Origin: an uncultured Clostridia bacterium
Lineage (GTDB): Bacteria > Bacillota > Clostridia > Christensenellales > UBA1242
Direction of reading: 5' to 3'
Length of the DNA stretch: 62,897 bases
Assembly: GCA_949841045.1 (NCBI GenBank)
Contig: CATKXS010000006.1
Coordinates: 1 to 62,897 of the forward strand
Below the pieces are notes generated by a model. That model did not search any database, was not told the origin of the DNA, and saw nothing but the letters and a program-made list of their open reading frames with translations. Made by a program: the position numbers and the translations under genes. Of this stretch, positions 29,883 to 39,391 are shown one piece after another (the stretch's first letter is position 1; each line of letters starts with the position of its first letter).

Positions 29883-31946
29883 TTGAAACTCGTAATAATT
29901 GAATCACCATTTAAAAGAGAGGCACTTAAGAAATATCTTGGACAGGGATATGAGGTTTTTGCAACCAAAGGTCACATACGTGATTTGCCTCAAAAGAATT
30001 TTGGTATAGACCTTAAAAACAACTTTGAACCTAAGTATGAAGTTGTTCCAGATAAAAAAGAGCTTATAAAAGAATTAAAATCACGTGCCGAAAAGGCTGA
30101 TGAAGTCTTGATTGCAACCGACCCTGATAGAGAGGGTGAAGCTATTTCTTGGCATGTTGCAAATATACTTGGCTTTGATAATGACAAGGAATGCCGTATT
30201 CAGTTTAATGAAATTTCAAAGAAAGCTGTCACCAAAGCTCTTGAAAAACCTAGAAAAATTGACTTAAAACTTGTCGATGCTCAACAGGCAAGACGCGTTC
30301 TTGATAGACTTGTGGGTTATAAAGTATCTCCAATTCTTTGTAAGAAGATTGCTCCAAAACTTAGTGCTGGGCGAGTTCAATCAGTCGCATTAAAACTTGT
30401 TGTAGAACGCGAAATTGAAATTGAAAAATTTGTTCCAGAAGAGTACTGGACGGTAAATGCACTTCTTAAAAAAGGTGCAAGTCAGATAAAAGCTGCTCTT
30501 GCCACTTTCAAAGGTAAGAAGTTTGTTCCTAAGAACAAGGAAGAGGTTGATGAACTTTTAAAGGTTTGTCAAGGCAAAGAGTTTTTAGTAAAAGATGTTA
30601 AAAAAGCGAAAACCAAATCTCATGCTCCAGCACCATTTACAACGAGTACAATGCAACAAGATGCTCTTAATAAACTTGGCATGAGCCTTGCAAGGACAAC
30701 TTCTTCAGCACAACAATTGTACGAAGGTGTTGATATTAAAGGTGAGGGCAAAATAGCTCTTATTACCTATATCCGTACCGACTCAGTTCGTATTTCAGCT
30801 GATGCACAAAATGCTTGTCGCGAGTTTATTAAAAACAAATATGGCGATGATTTTGTCCCAGCAAAACCAAATATTTATCATACAAAGGAGTCAGCTCAAG
30901 ACGCACACGAAGCCATTAGGCCTATTACAATGGATATTACACCAGAAATGGCTAAGGAAACATTATCGAGCGACAACTATAAATTATATAAGCTTATTTA
31001 TGAGCGTTTCCTTGCTTCTCAAATGTCAGAAGCTGAATATTCTTCAGTGACAATCAATTTTGATTGTGAGGACTATGGCTTTAAAGTAAGCGGTAAGACT
31101 ATGGAATTTCCTGGTTATACAAGCGTGTATAAAGAATTTGTTGAAGAGGAAAATAAAGAGGGAATGGCAGGCAAACTTCCTAAGATAGAGAAAGATGAAC
31201 TCCTTCCTTGCGAAAAGATAATTCCAGAGCAAAAGTTTACAAAACCTCCAACTAGATATACAGAAGCCAGTCTTGTTAAAGCTATGGAAGAAAAAGGAAT
31301 TGGCAGACCTGCAACGTACGCAGCGACAATTACAATTCTTCAGTCTAGAAAATACACCTTAAAAGAAGGAAAATATCTCCTTCCAACTGAACTTGGAAGA
31401 AAAATAACAGCTTATCTTGACCAATTTTTTAGCAGTGTCATAAATGTTAAGTTTACAGCTTATATGGAAGGCAGGCTTGACGACATTGCAGAGAAAGAGG
31501 AAGATTGGCGAAGCGTTGTATCAAATTTCTGGAATGGCTTTGAGCACCTCCTTGCAAGAGCTGACGCAAGTTCGGTAACAATGAAAGAGCCTCCAAAGGA
31601 AACTGACATTGTATGTGAAAAATGTGGAAGTAAAATGCTGATAAGGTCAGGTCGCTTTGGTGAATTCCTTGCATGCTCAAATTTCCCAAAATGTAAAAAT
31701 ACAAGACCTCTCGATAGTTCAAAGAAAGTCGCCGGCGTTTGCCCTGAATGTGGCGGTGAAATGGTTGAGAGAAAGAGTAAAAAGGGTAAAGTTTACTATT
31801 CATGCGATAATTATCCAGAATGTAAATTTATGAGCTGGGATATTACCACAGGCAAAAAATGCCCAAAATGTGGCAATCCTATTATCCAAAAAGGAAAGAC
31901 AACTAAATGTAGCAATAATGATTGCGACTATAAAGAAGAAAATTAA
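29883..31946 (+). CDS. topA: DNA topoisomerase I
   Basis: IIESP, ATDPDREGE, SAGRVQS, ITYIRTDS, C-terminal Zn ribbons. Confidence 0.96.
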   Translation: MKLVIIESPFKREALKKYLGQGYEVFATKGHIRDLPQKNFGIDLKNNFEPKYEVVPDKKELIKELKSRAEKADEVLIATDPDREGEAISWHVANILGFDNDKECRIQFNEISKKAVTKALEKPRKIDLKLVDAQQARRVLDRLVGYKVSPILCKKIAPKLSAGRVQSVALKLVVEREIEIEKFVPEEYWTVNALLKKGASQIKAALATFKGKKFVPKNKEEVDELLKVCQGKEFLVKDVKKAKTKSHAPAPFTTSTMQQDALNKLGMSLARTTSSAQQLYEGVDIKGEGKIALITYIRTDSVRISADAQNACREFIKNKYGDDFVPAKPNIYHTKESAQDAHEAIRPITMDITPEMAKETLSSDNYKLYKLIYERFLASQMSEAEYSSVTINFDCEDYGFKVSGKTMEFPGYTSVYKEFVEEENKEGMAGKLPKIEKDELLPCEKIIPEQKFTKPPTRYTEASLVKAMEEKGIGRPATYAATITILQSRKYTLKEGKYLLPTELGRKITAYLDQFFSSVINVKFTAYMEGRLDDIAEKEEDWRSVVSNFWNGFEHLLARADASSVTMKEPPKETDIVCEKCGSKMLIRSGRFGEFLACSNFPKCKNTRPLDSSKKVAGVCPECGGEMVERKSKKGKVYYSCDNYPECKFMSWDITTGKKCPKCGNPIIQKGKTTKCSNNDCDYKEEN

Positions 31947-31955
31947 GGAGAAAAT

Positions 31956-32495
31956 ATGGAAAGTATGTTTAGAGGCACAACTATTTGTGGCGTAAAAAGA
32001 GATGGCAAGATTGCCATTGCAGGTGACGGACAGGTGACATTATCAGAAAGTGTTATATTTAAGTCAAATGCACACAAGGTTAGAAGAATTTATGATGATA
32101 AAGTTGTAATCGGCTTTGCTGGCTCTGTTGCTGACGCGTTTTCGCTTTGTGAGAGATTTGAAAATATGCTTAATAAGTTCTCTGGAAATCTTATGAGAAG
32201 TGCAGTTGAACTTGCTGGAACTTGGCGTGAAGATAAGGCGTCAAGACAACTCAATGCCATGATGATTGTTGCTGACAGGGAAAGACTTTTGATTGTCAGC
32301 GGAACTGGTGAAGTTATTGAACCGGATGATGATGTTTGTGCAATTGGGTCTGGTGGCAATTATGCACTCGCTGCTGCAAAGGCGCTCAAACAAAATACAG
32401 ATTTACCAGCAAATGAAATTGCAAAAAAAGCACTTGAAATTGCAGGTCAAATTTGCGTATTCACAAATGACCATATAACAGTTGAGGAGGTTTAA
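31956..32495 (+). CDS. hslV: ATP-dependent protease subunit HslV
   Basis: TTI...AGDGQVT...GFAGS...AIGSGG. Confidence 0.95.
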   Translation: MESMFRGTTICGVKRDGKIAIAGDGQVTLSESVIFKSNAHKVRRIYDDKVVIGFAGSVADAFSLCERFENMLNKFSGNLMRSAVELAGTWREDKASRQLNAMMIVADRERLLIVSGTGEVIEPDDDVCAIGSGGNYALAAAKALKQNTDLPANEIAKKALEIAGQICVFTNDHITVEEV

Positions 32496-32496
32496 T

Positions 32497-33792
32497 ATGA
32501 ATTTAACACCAAAACAAATTGTTGAAGAACTTGACAAATATATTGTTGGTCAGCCAAAAGCGAAAAGGGCTGTTGCAATTGCTCTTCGAAATAGATATAG
32601 AAGAAGCAGTCTGCCAAAAGAACTACGTGATGAAATCACTCCAAAAAATATCATTATGAAAGGTCCAACGGGTGTTGGTAAAACTGAAATTGCAAGACGC
32701 CTTGCAAAACTTGTTGGTGCACCTTTTATTAAAATCGAAGCTACAAAATATACCGAAGTTGGTTATGTTGGTCGTGACGTTGAAAGCATGATTCGTGACC
32801 TTGTCGAAGTGGCTGTCCGAATTGTAAAAGATGAAAAAAATCATGAAATGGAAGCAAAGGTTAAGCCTGTTGTAGATAAAAAACTTGTAAATGCCATTTG
32901 CGACTCAAGACGTGCTCAAGATATTGCTGTGGACCGCACTGATGTTGAAAAGGCTCTTGAAAAGGGCGAACTTGAAAATGAACAAATTGAAATAGAAGTT
33001 AAAGAAAGTGCAAAACCTGCTATGGCTTTTGGAATTTCTGAAATCAATATTGGAAGCATGTTTGACGGCATTTTACCTGCAACTCGTCATAAGAGAAGAC
33101 TTTCTGTCGCTCGCGCTCGTGAAGTGCTTACTGGCGAGGAATGTGAAAGGGTTGTTGACAAAGAAAGCGTTTATGCGGAGGCAATTCGCAGAACAGAAGA
33201 AGAGGGAATTATCTTCATTGATGAAATTGATAAAATCATCGGAAAGGCTGGCGGGTCAAACAATCAAGATGTATCTCGTGAAGGCGTTCAACGTGATATT
33301 CTTCCAATTGTAGAAGGTAGCACTGTTGCAACAAAGTATGGTAATGTTAAAACTGACTTTATTCTCTTTATAGCGTCAGGCGCCTTCCATGTTTCAAATA
33401 TTGGAGATATGATTCCAGAACTTCAGGGACGTTTCCCAATCAGAGTTGAACTTGACAACCTTACAAAGGACGACTTTAAGAAGATTTTGACTGAGCCAAA
33501 GAACTCAGTAACACTTCAATATACAAGCATTTTAAAAGTTGACAATATTGACCTTAAATTCACAGACGAAGCCATTGATGAGATTGCTGAAATGGCAGCG
33601 GCTGAAAATGAAACAAGTGAGAATATAGGAGCAAGAAGACTCCATACAATCATGGAACTTCTTCTTGAAGATATATCTTTCAATGCAAATGGAAATCATC
33701 CAATGCTTGAAGTTGCAATTGATAGAAACTATGTTCAAAATGCATTTAAAGAAACAAAACGTAAATTTGATTTAAGCAAATATATTCTTTAA
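32497..33792 (+). CDS. hslU: ATPase subunit HslU
   Basis: GPTGVGKTEIARR, GYVG, DEIDK, PELQGRFP. Confidence 0.95.
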   Translation: MNLTPKQIVEELDKYIVGQPKAKRAVAIALRNRYRRSSLPKELRDEITPKNIIMKGPTGVGKTEIARRLAKLVGAPFIKIEATKYTEVGYVGRDVESMIRDLVEVAVRIVKDEKNHEMEAKVKPVVDKKLVNAICDSRRAQDIAVDRTDVEKALEKGELENEQIEIEVKESAKPAMAFGISEINIGSMFDGILPATRHKRRLSVARAREVLTGEECERVVDKESVYAEAIRRTEEEGIIFIDEIDKIIGKAGGSNNQDVSREGVQRDILPIVEGSTVATKYGNVKTDFILFIASGAFHVSNIGDMIPELQGRFPIRVELDNLTKDDFKKILTEPKNSVTLQYTSILKVDNIDLKFTDEAIDEIAEMAAAENETSENIGARRLHTIMELLLEDISFNANGNHPMLEVAIDRNYVQNAFKETKRKFDLSKYIL

Positions 33793-33909
33793 GTTTGATG
33801 AAAATTTAATAAAAACTCACATAAATTAAGCAAATTTTACAATTTTTAACTAATTTTTGAAGTTAAAACCGCAATTTTGCTTATAAACTTCAATTTTTTG
33901 CTTTAGAGG

Positions 33910-34593
33910 TTGAAAATGGATAAATCTAGAACTGAGCTCTTAATAGGAGAAAACGGCATAGAAAAGTTGGCATCTAAGCATGTCACTATAGTTGGCGTAG
34001 GCGGTGTTGGCGGTTATGCAGGAGTTATGCTGGCAAGAGCTGGTATAGAAAAATTTACGCTTATCGATTTCGATAAAGTATCTTCTTCAAATGTGAATAG
34101 GCAAATAATTGCTTACAGCGATAATGTCGGCTGTTATAAAGTTGACGAAATGAAAGATATGTTTCTTAGAATAAACGACAAAATTGAAGTTAAAACTTTT
34201 GCCCAAAGGCTTACAAAAGAGAATATATCGAGTCTTATTGGGAAAACTGATATTGTCATTGATGCAATAGACTCGACGGCTGACAAGATTGAACTAATTG
34301 CATATTGCAAACAAAATGATATTAATATCATTTCGGCCATGGGGGCTGGAAACAGATATGATTTGCCACAGTTTAAACTTACCGACATATTTAAAACCAG
34401 TGATGACGGGCTCGCAAAAGTTGTGAGAAAGGGACTTCGAGAAAGAGGAATAGCCTCACTTGAAGTGGTGACAAGTTTATCAAAGACAGTTCGAAAGGGC
34501 GGAACAATTGGAAGCATAAGTTATTATCCAGCCATGCTTGGCTCATATATTTCGGCGGTGGTAGTGAACAAAATAATTAAGGGGGAATTATGA
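33910..34593 (+). CDS. tcdA: tRNA t6A dehydratase (ThiF-like)
   Basis: GVGGVGG, SNVNRQ, DAID, SAMGAG. Confidence 0.85.
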   Translation: MKMDKSRTELLIGENGIEKLASKHVTIVGVGGVGGYAGVMLARAGIEKFTLIDFDKVSSSNVNRQIIAYSDNVGCYKVDEMKDMFLRINDKIEVKTFAQRLTKENISSLIGKTDIVIDAIDSTADKIELIAYCKQNDINIISAMGAGNRYDLPQFKLTDIFKTSDDGLAKVVRKGLRERGIASLEVVTSLSKTVRKGGTIGSISYYPAMLGSYISAVVVNKIIKGEL

Positions 34594-34895
34594 AAGTAAT
34601 TGAAGAAAAAGATTTTGATAGTGAAATAAAAGAGGGACTTGTTCTTGTTGACTTCTTTGCCACTTGGTGTGGACCATGCCGAATGATGGCGCGTGTGCTT
34701 GAAGAAATAGATGGAAAAGTAGACGGCTTAAAAATTATTAAAGTTGACACTGATGAAAGTGAAAACTTGGCAAAGAGATTTGGAATTATGTCAATTCCAA
34801 CCTTAATGATTTTCAAAAGCGGTGAACTTATGGAAAAACACATTGGGTTATGGCAAAAAGAAGATTGTCTTGACGCAATCAAAAAATACTTATAA
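34590..34895 (+). CDS. trxA: Thioredoxin
   Basis: WCGPC active site. Confidence 0.93.
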   Translation: MKVIEEKDFDSEIKEGLVLVDFFATWCGPCRMMARVLEEIDGKVDGLKIIKVDTDESENLAKRFGIMSIPTLMIFKSGELMEKHIGLWQKEDCLDAIKKYL

Positions 34896-35023
34896 TTAGG
34901 CAAATTAAACAAATTAATTAAAAAAGGTTAGAAAAAATGCTAACTTTTTTTATTTAACATGTTTTAACTATTGACTTTAATGGGTTAAGGTGATAAAATA
35001 TGTCTTGTGTAAAGGGGTGCAAA

Positions 35024-36199
35024 ATGGCAAAAAAAGTTTATTTAGATTATGCTTCGACAACCTATGTTTCAAGCGAAGTTTTAAATGAAATGCTTCCTTG
35101 CTTTAATGCTATCTATGGCAATGCAAACTCTCTTCATTCTTTTGGAAGAGAAGCTTCAAGTATTGTAGACAGAGCCAGAGACCGCATTAGAAACGCTATC
35201 GGAGCTGCAAAATCAAACGAAATATATTTCACTTCAGGTGGTACTGAAGCAAACAACTGGGCACTGAGAGGACTTGCTCATGCTTATTCTGAAAAGGGTA
35301 AACACATAATTGTAAGTAGTATTGAGCACAAATCTGTTCTTGACGCTTGCGCTTGTCTTGAAGAAGAGGGATTTGAAGTATCTTATCTTTCAGTTGACAA
35401 AAATGGTCTTGTTAATTTAGGCGAACTTATTCACCTTATTAGAAAAGACACTATTCTTATTTCTATTATGGCTGTTAATAACGAAATTGGAACTATCCAA
35501 AACGTTAAGGCTATTGCAAAGATTGCTCATGATTATGGCGTAATCTTCCACACTGACGCATGTCAAGCTGTTGGCGCAATTAAACTCAATGTTCAAGATA
35601 TGGAAATTGACGCTATGTCAATCTCTGGTCACAAGGTTTATGGTCCAAAAGGTGTAGGCGCTCTTTATGTTAAAGAGGGTATTAGAATTGAAAACCTTAT
35701 CTATGGTGGAAGCCAAGAACGTGGCAAGAGAGGTGGTACTGTCAATGTTGCCGAAGTTGCTGGTTTTGGTAAGGCGGTTGAAATTGCAAACCGTGATATT
35801 GTAATCAACCAACAAAAACTTAGAAGCGTACGCGAATATTTCCTTAACGCTGTTAAAGAAAGAATCGAGTATGTTGAAGTTAATGGTCACCAAATGCAAA
35901 AGGTTAACGGAATTTTAAACTTATTTATTGAAATGGTAGACAAAGAATCACTTCTTATGCTCCTTGACCTTGAAGGCGTAGCCGTATCTGCTGGTTCTGC
36001 TTGCACTTCAAATTCAATTGAGCAATCTCACGTTCTTAAAGCTATCGGCTGTGATGACGAGAGAGCAAACAGCTCTTTAAGATTCTCCTTTGGTAAAAAT
36101 ACAACAAAACAAGACCTTGACTTTGCTGTTGATGCTCTTGTTAAATCAGTTGAAAAATTAAGGTCAATTTCAGCATTGACTAAAGCAGGGAGGAGATAA
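35024..36199 (+). CDS. iscS: Cysteine desulfurase
   Basis: YLDYASTT, SGGTE, SGHKVYGPKG, SAGSAC. Confidence 0.9.
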   Translation: MAKKVYLDYASTTYVSSEVLNEMLPCFNAIYGNANSLHSFGREASSIVDRARDRIRNAIGAAKSNEIYFTSGGTEANNWALRGLAHAYSEKGKHIIVSSIEHKSVLDACACLEEEGFEVSYLSVDKNGLVNLGELIHLIRKDTILISIMAVNNEIGTIQNVKAIAKIAHDYGVIFHTDACQAVGAIKLNVQDMEIDAMSISGHKVYGPKGVGALYVKEGIRIENLIYGGSQERGKRGGTVNVAEVAGFGKAVEIANRDIVINQQKLRSVREYFLNAVKERIEYVEVNGHQMQKVNGILNLFIEMVDKESLLMLLDLEGVAVSAGSACTSNSIEQSHVLKAIGCDDERANSSLRFSFGKNTTKQDLDFAVDALVKSVEKLRSISALTKAGRR

Positions 36200-36201
36200 T
36201 T

Positions 36202-36588
36202 ATGTTTAATGAAAGAATTATGCAAAGATTTGTAAACCCAAAATATGCTGGCGGTCTTAGAGGTGCCAATGGTACTGGAAGATGCGGAAACAGTGAATGC
36301 GGAGACCTTATTAAACTTTACATTTCTGTAAATGATGACAATGTTATCACTGATGCAAAATTTAAGGCTTATGGCGGTGTTTGCACAATTGTTGCTTGTG
36401 ATGTTGCATGTGGACTTATTGAAGGACGCTCACTCGAAGCTGCTCTTAGAACAAACTACTACCAAATTCTTGAAGAAATGGGCGCTGTTCCAGAAAATAG
36501 AGAATATACAGCTTCACTTGCAGAAGAAGCAATCAAAAATGCAATTGAAGACTATTATAAGAAAAAAGAAAAGGAATTAAAAAGATAG
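36202..36588 (+). CDS. iscU: IscU/NifU-like scaffold protein (atypical Cys pattern)
   Basis: F.NPKYAG, GNSECGD, ITDAKFKAYG; downstream of iscS. Confidence 0.75.
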   Translation: MFNERIMQRFVNPKYAGGLRGANGTGRCGNSECGDLIKLYISVNDDNVITDAKFKAYGGVCTIVACDVACGLIEGRSLEAALRTNYYQILEEMGAVPENREYTASLAEEAIKNAIEDYYKKKEKELKR

Positions 36589-36735
36589 ATATTATTCTAT
36601 CTTTTTTTTGGTTTAGCAATTTTTTAGTCTACGAGTTTTAAGTTTGCAAACAATTCTCTATATTATAAGGCTAGTAAATGACAAACATGAATAATATCAC
36701 AAATTATGCGCAAAATAATGATAAGGAGGCGCACG

Positions 36736-36909
36736 ATGAAAGATGTTATGATGTTATTAGGCTTCAGTATGGGGCTTGTGACTGGTGCATTACTCTATAA
36801 ATATTCTCAATGCACAAAACAGGCTGTTGACAAAGGCGAAAAAGCAGTCATGAAAGAAGTCAATAAGCTTGAACAAAAAGCAAAGAAAATGCAAGAACAA
36901 AAAAATTAA
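36736..36909 (+). CDS. Small single-TM protein
   Basis: AAGGAGG RBS; G-rich TM segment and charged tail; terminator follows. Confidence 0.6.
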   Translation: MKDVMMLLGFSMGLVTGALLYKYSQCTKQAVDKGEKAVMKEVNKLEQKAKKMQEQKN

Positions 36910-37075
36910 AAGATAGGCAAGGTTTGCCTACCTTTTTTGTTTATTAAGTGAGTGGCTGTTTTTTAGTACATGAGGGTGAGGGGGAATATTTATTCTTTAA
37001 ATTTTTTCAACTTTTTTTTAGCTTGCCTATGGACATTTAATCGGGGGGGGGTATAATAGAGTTAGAGGTGTTTAA

Positions 37076-37663
37076 ATGAGTAAATTTAAAGGTATATTAA
37101 AAAGAACAAGTGGTGGACTTAAGAAGGCTGCTTCTGTTGCTCCGTTAGTAGTAGCTATAGGTGGTTTTTTATTAATGGTGCCATCATCTATTAGTGCAAT
37201 TGTTTTTTCAGTACAAAAAGGAAATTATATGGACGAGGTAAAAGCTACTGACAATTATGTGTCTGCCTATGTTGAAGATAATAAAAAAAATGAAGAAGAT
37301 TATTTAAATAAGAATATAACTCCAGCTGAATATAAAGCAAGAAGAGAATATTTTGATTCAGAAGAATACTTTGCTTCTGTTGTTGCAGATGACAAAGAAA
37401 TATCTGACAAATATAACGCTCTTTTAAAGTCGCAATATACTTCTTGTTACTGTTTAGCAAGTGGAGAAGGATTGTTTTTCCTTGGGCTTCTGGGTACTTA
37501 TGTTTGGGATAAAACTGGATTGGATAATAATTTAAATTTATCTGCAGCTCGTGACTTATATGAAGCAAATTGTATCTTTAAAGAAGAAAAGAAAAAGAAA
37601 TTGCAGGAAAAAGGTTTGCCTTTTGAAGAGGAAGAAGTAAGAGGCGGAGATATTGAATGGTAA
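37076..37663 (+). CDS. Hypothetical two-TM protein
   Basis: Own promoter (TGGACA...TATAAT), GAGGTG RBS, terminator at 37665-37695. Confidence 0.65.
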   Translation: MSKFKGILKRTSGGLKKAASVAPLVVAIGGFLLMVPSSISAIVFSVQKGNYMDEVKATDNYVSAYVEDNKKNEEDYLNKNITPAEYKARREYFDSEEYFASVVADDKEISDKYNALLKSQYTSCYCLASGEGLFFLGLLGTYVWDKTGLDNNLNLSAARDLYEANCIFKEEKKKKLQEKGLPFEEEEVRGGDIEW

Positions 37664-37821
37664 AAAGAGACCACCTATTGAAGGTGGTTTTTTTATGCAT
37701 GCAAGAATAATATGAGATTTATCGAGTGTTTTCTCATGTTAATTTTTAAGTTGAAATAAGTAAAAATAGCGTTAAATAATTTAATAAAAAAAGCAGTCCT
37801 AGGACTGCTTGAATAGGCGAA

Positions 37822-38090
37822 AGCCGAGCATCTTGGTCTGATATAATTTCACCAACTGCCGCCTAAATGCCAAGCTCCACCAAAGCTACCTTATGGCACA
37901 CCGAAGTGTCCTCTTAGTGATGCTTCCGTCAGGACCTGACACGATTCGGGGATTCCGATTGCATAAGACCTTGATTTCAACGCCTGGCAAATAAACACAT
38001 ATTTGACAAAATTAAACCTCGCCAAGCATTCAATCCCACTATAGCGGATTGTGGGTCACAGAGCACCGCTAACTCTCCATCTAGCTCGAC
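37822..38090 (-). ncRNA. ffs: Large (Bacillota-type) SRP RNA
   Basis: Minus strand: 5' Alu-like gtcgagctagatggagagttagcggtgctctgt..caatccgctatag; helix 8 gtcaggtcctgacggaagca; TTGACT/TATAAT promoter; terminator at 37785-37810. Confidence 0.9.
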
Positions 38091-38294
38091 ATAATTATTA
38101 TATACTAAAATTCTAAAAAAAGTCAAGAATATTTAATAAAAACTTGTCCGTTTAAAAAGAAGGAGGTGAGTTTTTGTCAAATAAGTGTAGGCTAAATAAT
38201 TTTTAGGGATATGGAAATTATCTTTTTTGAAAAAGTTATGATATGAGTTTGCATTTTTGTGCTTTTTTGCTACAATAAATAATAGGAGAGGAAT

Positions 38295-39020
38295 ATGAGT
38301 GAAGGAAAAAGCAACGCAAAACGTTTTTTGGATGCTTATAATAATATAGATTATGCTTTAAAAACTAGATATGGCTTAAATAGAGCGATGGGCTTTTCTG
38401 ACCTTATTAGAAAGGCGGTTGTAATCAATTATGTGGTGAGAAAATATGAAGATGACCTCATTGATTATGGCAGGCTTAGAAATGCAATTATTCATAACAA
38501 TAATGAAGATTTTGTCATTGCCGAACCACACATTAATGTTGTAGAAAAAATAGAGCATATTGAGAAACTTCTCACAACGCCTCCGCTTGCGATTGATACA
38601 GTTGCAAGAAAGAATGTTATAGTAACTTATGCTGAAAAGAGTATGAGAGAGGTTGTCGAGCTTATCGCTTCGACTGAATATAGCAATATTCCAGTTTATA
38701 AGGACAATAAACTTGTTGGTGTGGCAAATGGACAAAAGATATTGCAGTCGCTTGGAAATTATTTGCTTGCTGGAGGGAATGAAAGCACCTTCTTAGACCA
38801 TATACAAATTGAAGATATGCTTTCTTCTCTTAAAAATAGTATTTATTATGTTGTAAAGAAAGTAGATTGTACCGTTGAAGAAGCAGTCAGTGAATTTAAT
38901 AATAATCACAAACTTCTTGCAATACTGTTTACCAAAAATGGTCAGCAAACAGAACTTCCTCTTGGCATTATGACAGGTGCAAATGTTGCACAAGCTCAAA
39001 ATATACTTGAAGATTATTGA
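38295..39020 (+). CDS. CBS-domain protein with N-terminal HEPN-like domain
   Basis: RNAIIH (RxxxxH) in a helical N-terminus; YSNIPVY...VGV and PLGIMT CBS motifs. Confidence 0.7.
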   Translation: MSEGKSNAKRFLDAYNNIDYALKTRYGLNRAMGFSDLIRKAVVINYVVRKYEDDLIDYGRLRNAIIHNNNEDFVIAEPHINVVEKIEHIEKLLTTPPLAIDTVARKNVIVTYAEKSMREVVELIASTEYSNIPVYKDNKLVGVANGQKILQSLGNYLLAGGNESTFLDHIQIEDMLSSLKNSIYYVVKKVDCTVEEAVSEFNNNHKLLAILFTKNGQQTELPLGIMTGANVAQAQNILEDY

Positions 39021-39097
39021 CAAATATTTTTAGAAATGATAAAATACTCTTGTTTGAATGAGAATTTAAAATCAATTTCAAGAAAACTAAATAATAA

Positions 39098-39326
39098 AGG
39101 CGTTGATGAAAGACAACACCGAGATTTAAACTCTTTTAGAGAGTCGCCGGGCGGTGAAAGGCGATAAGAGAAAATCTATGGTTATCACTTTCGTAGCTGC
39201 AATTACGAACGGCTATCTAAGTAGTTATTGTCGGGACTTCCCGTTATAGAAGGAGTGGGTGATTGCCCGCATTAGAAACAAGTGGTTATGTCCTCATTAG
39301 GCATCTTGTGTCTAATGAGTTTTTTT
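39098..39326 (+). promoter_or_regulatory. Ile T-box leader
   Basis: GA motif, AGAGAG box, GGTGAAAG, ATC specifier (gaaaATCt), ccgtta F-box, UGGU bulge, terminator 39293-39326; upstream of ileS. Confidence 0.85.
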
Positions 39327-39391
39327 AAATTTAAATAAAACCGCATTAATTTAATAAAATAAGGCGCGATTTTAAGCAAAAAGGAGAAAAA

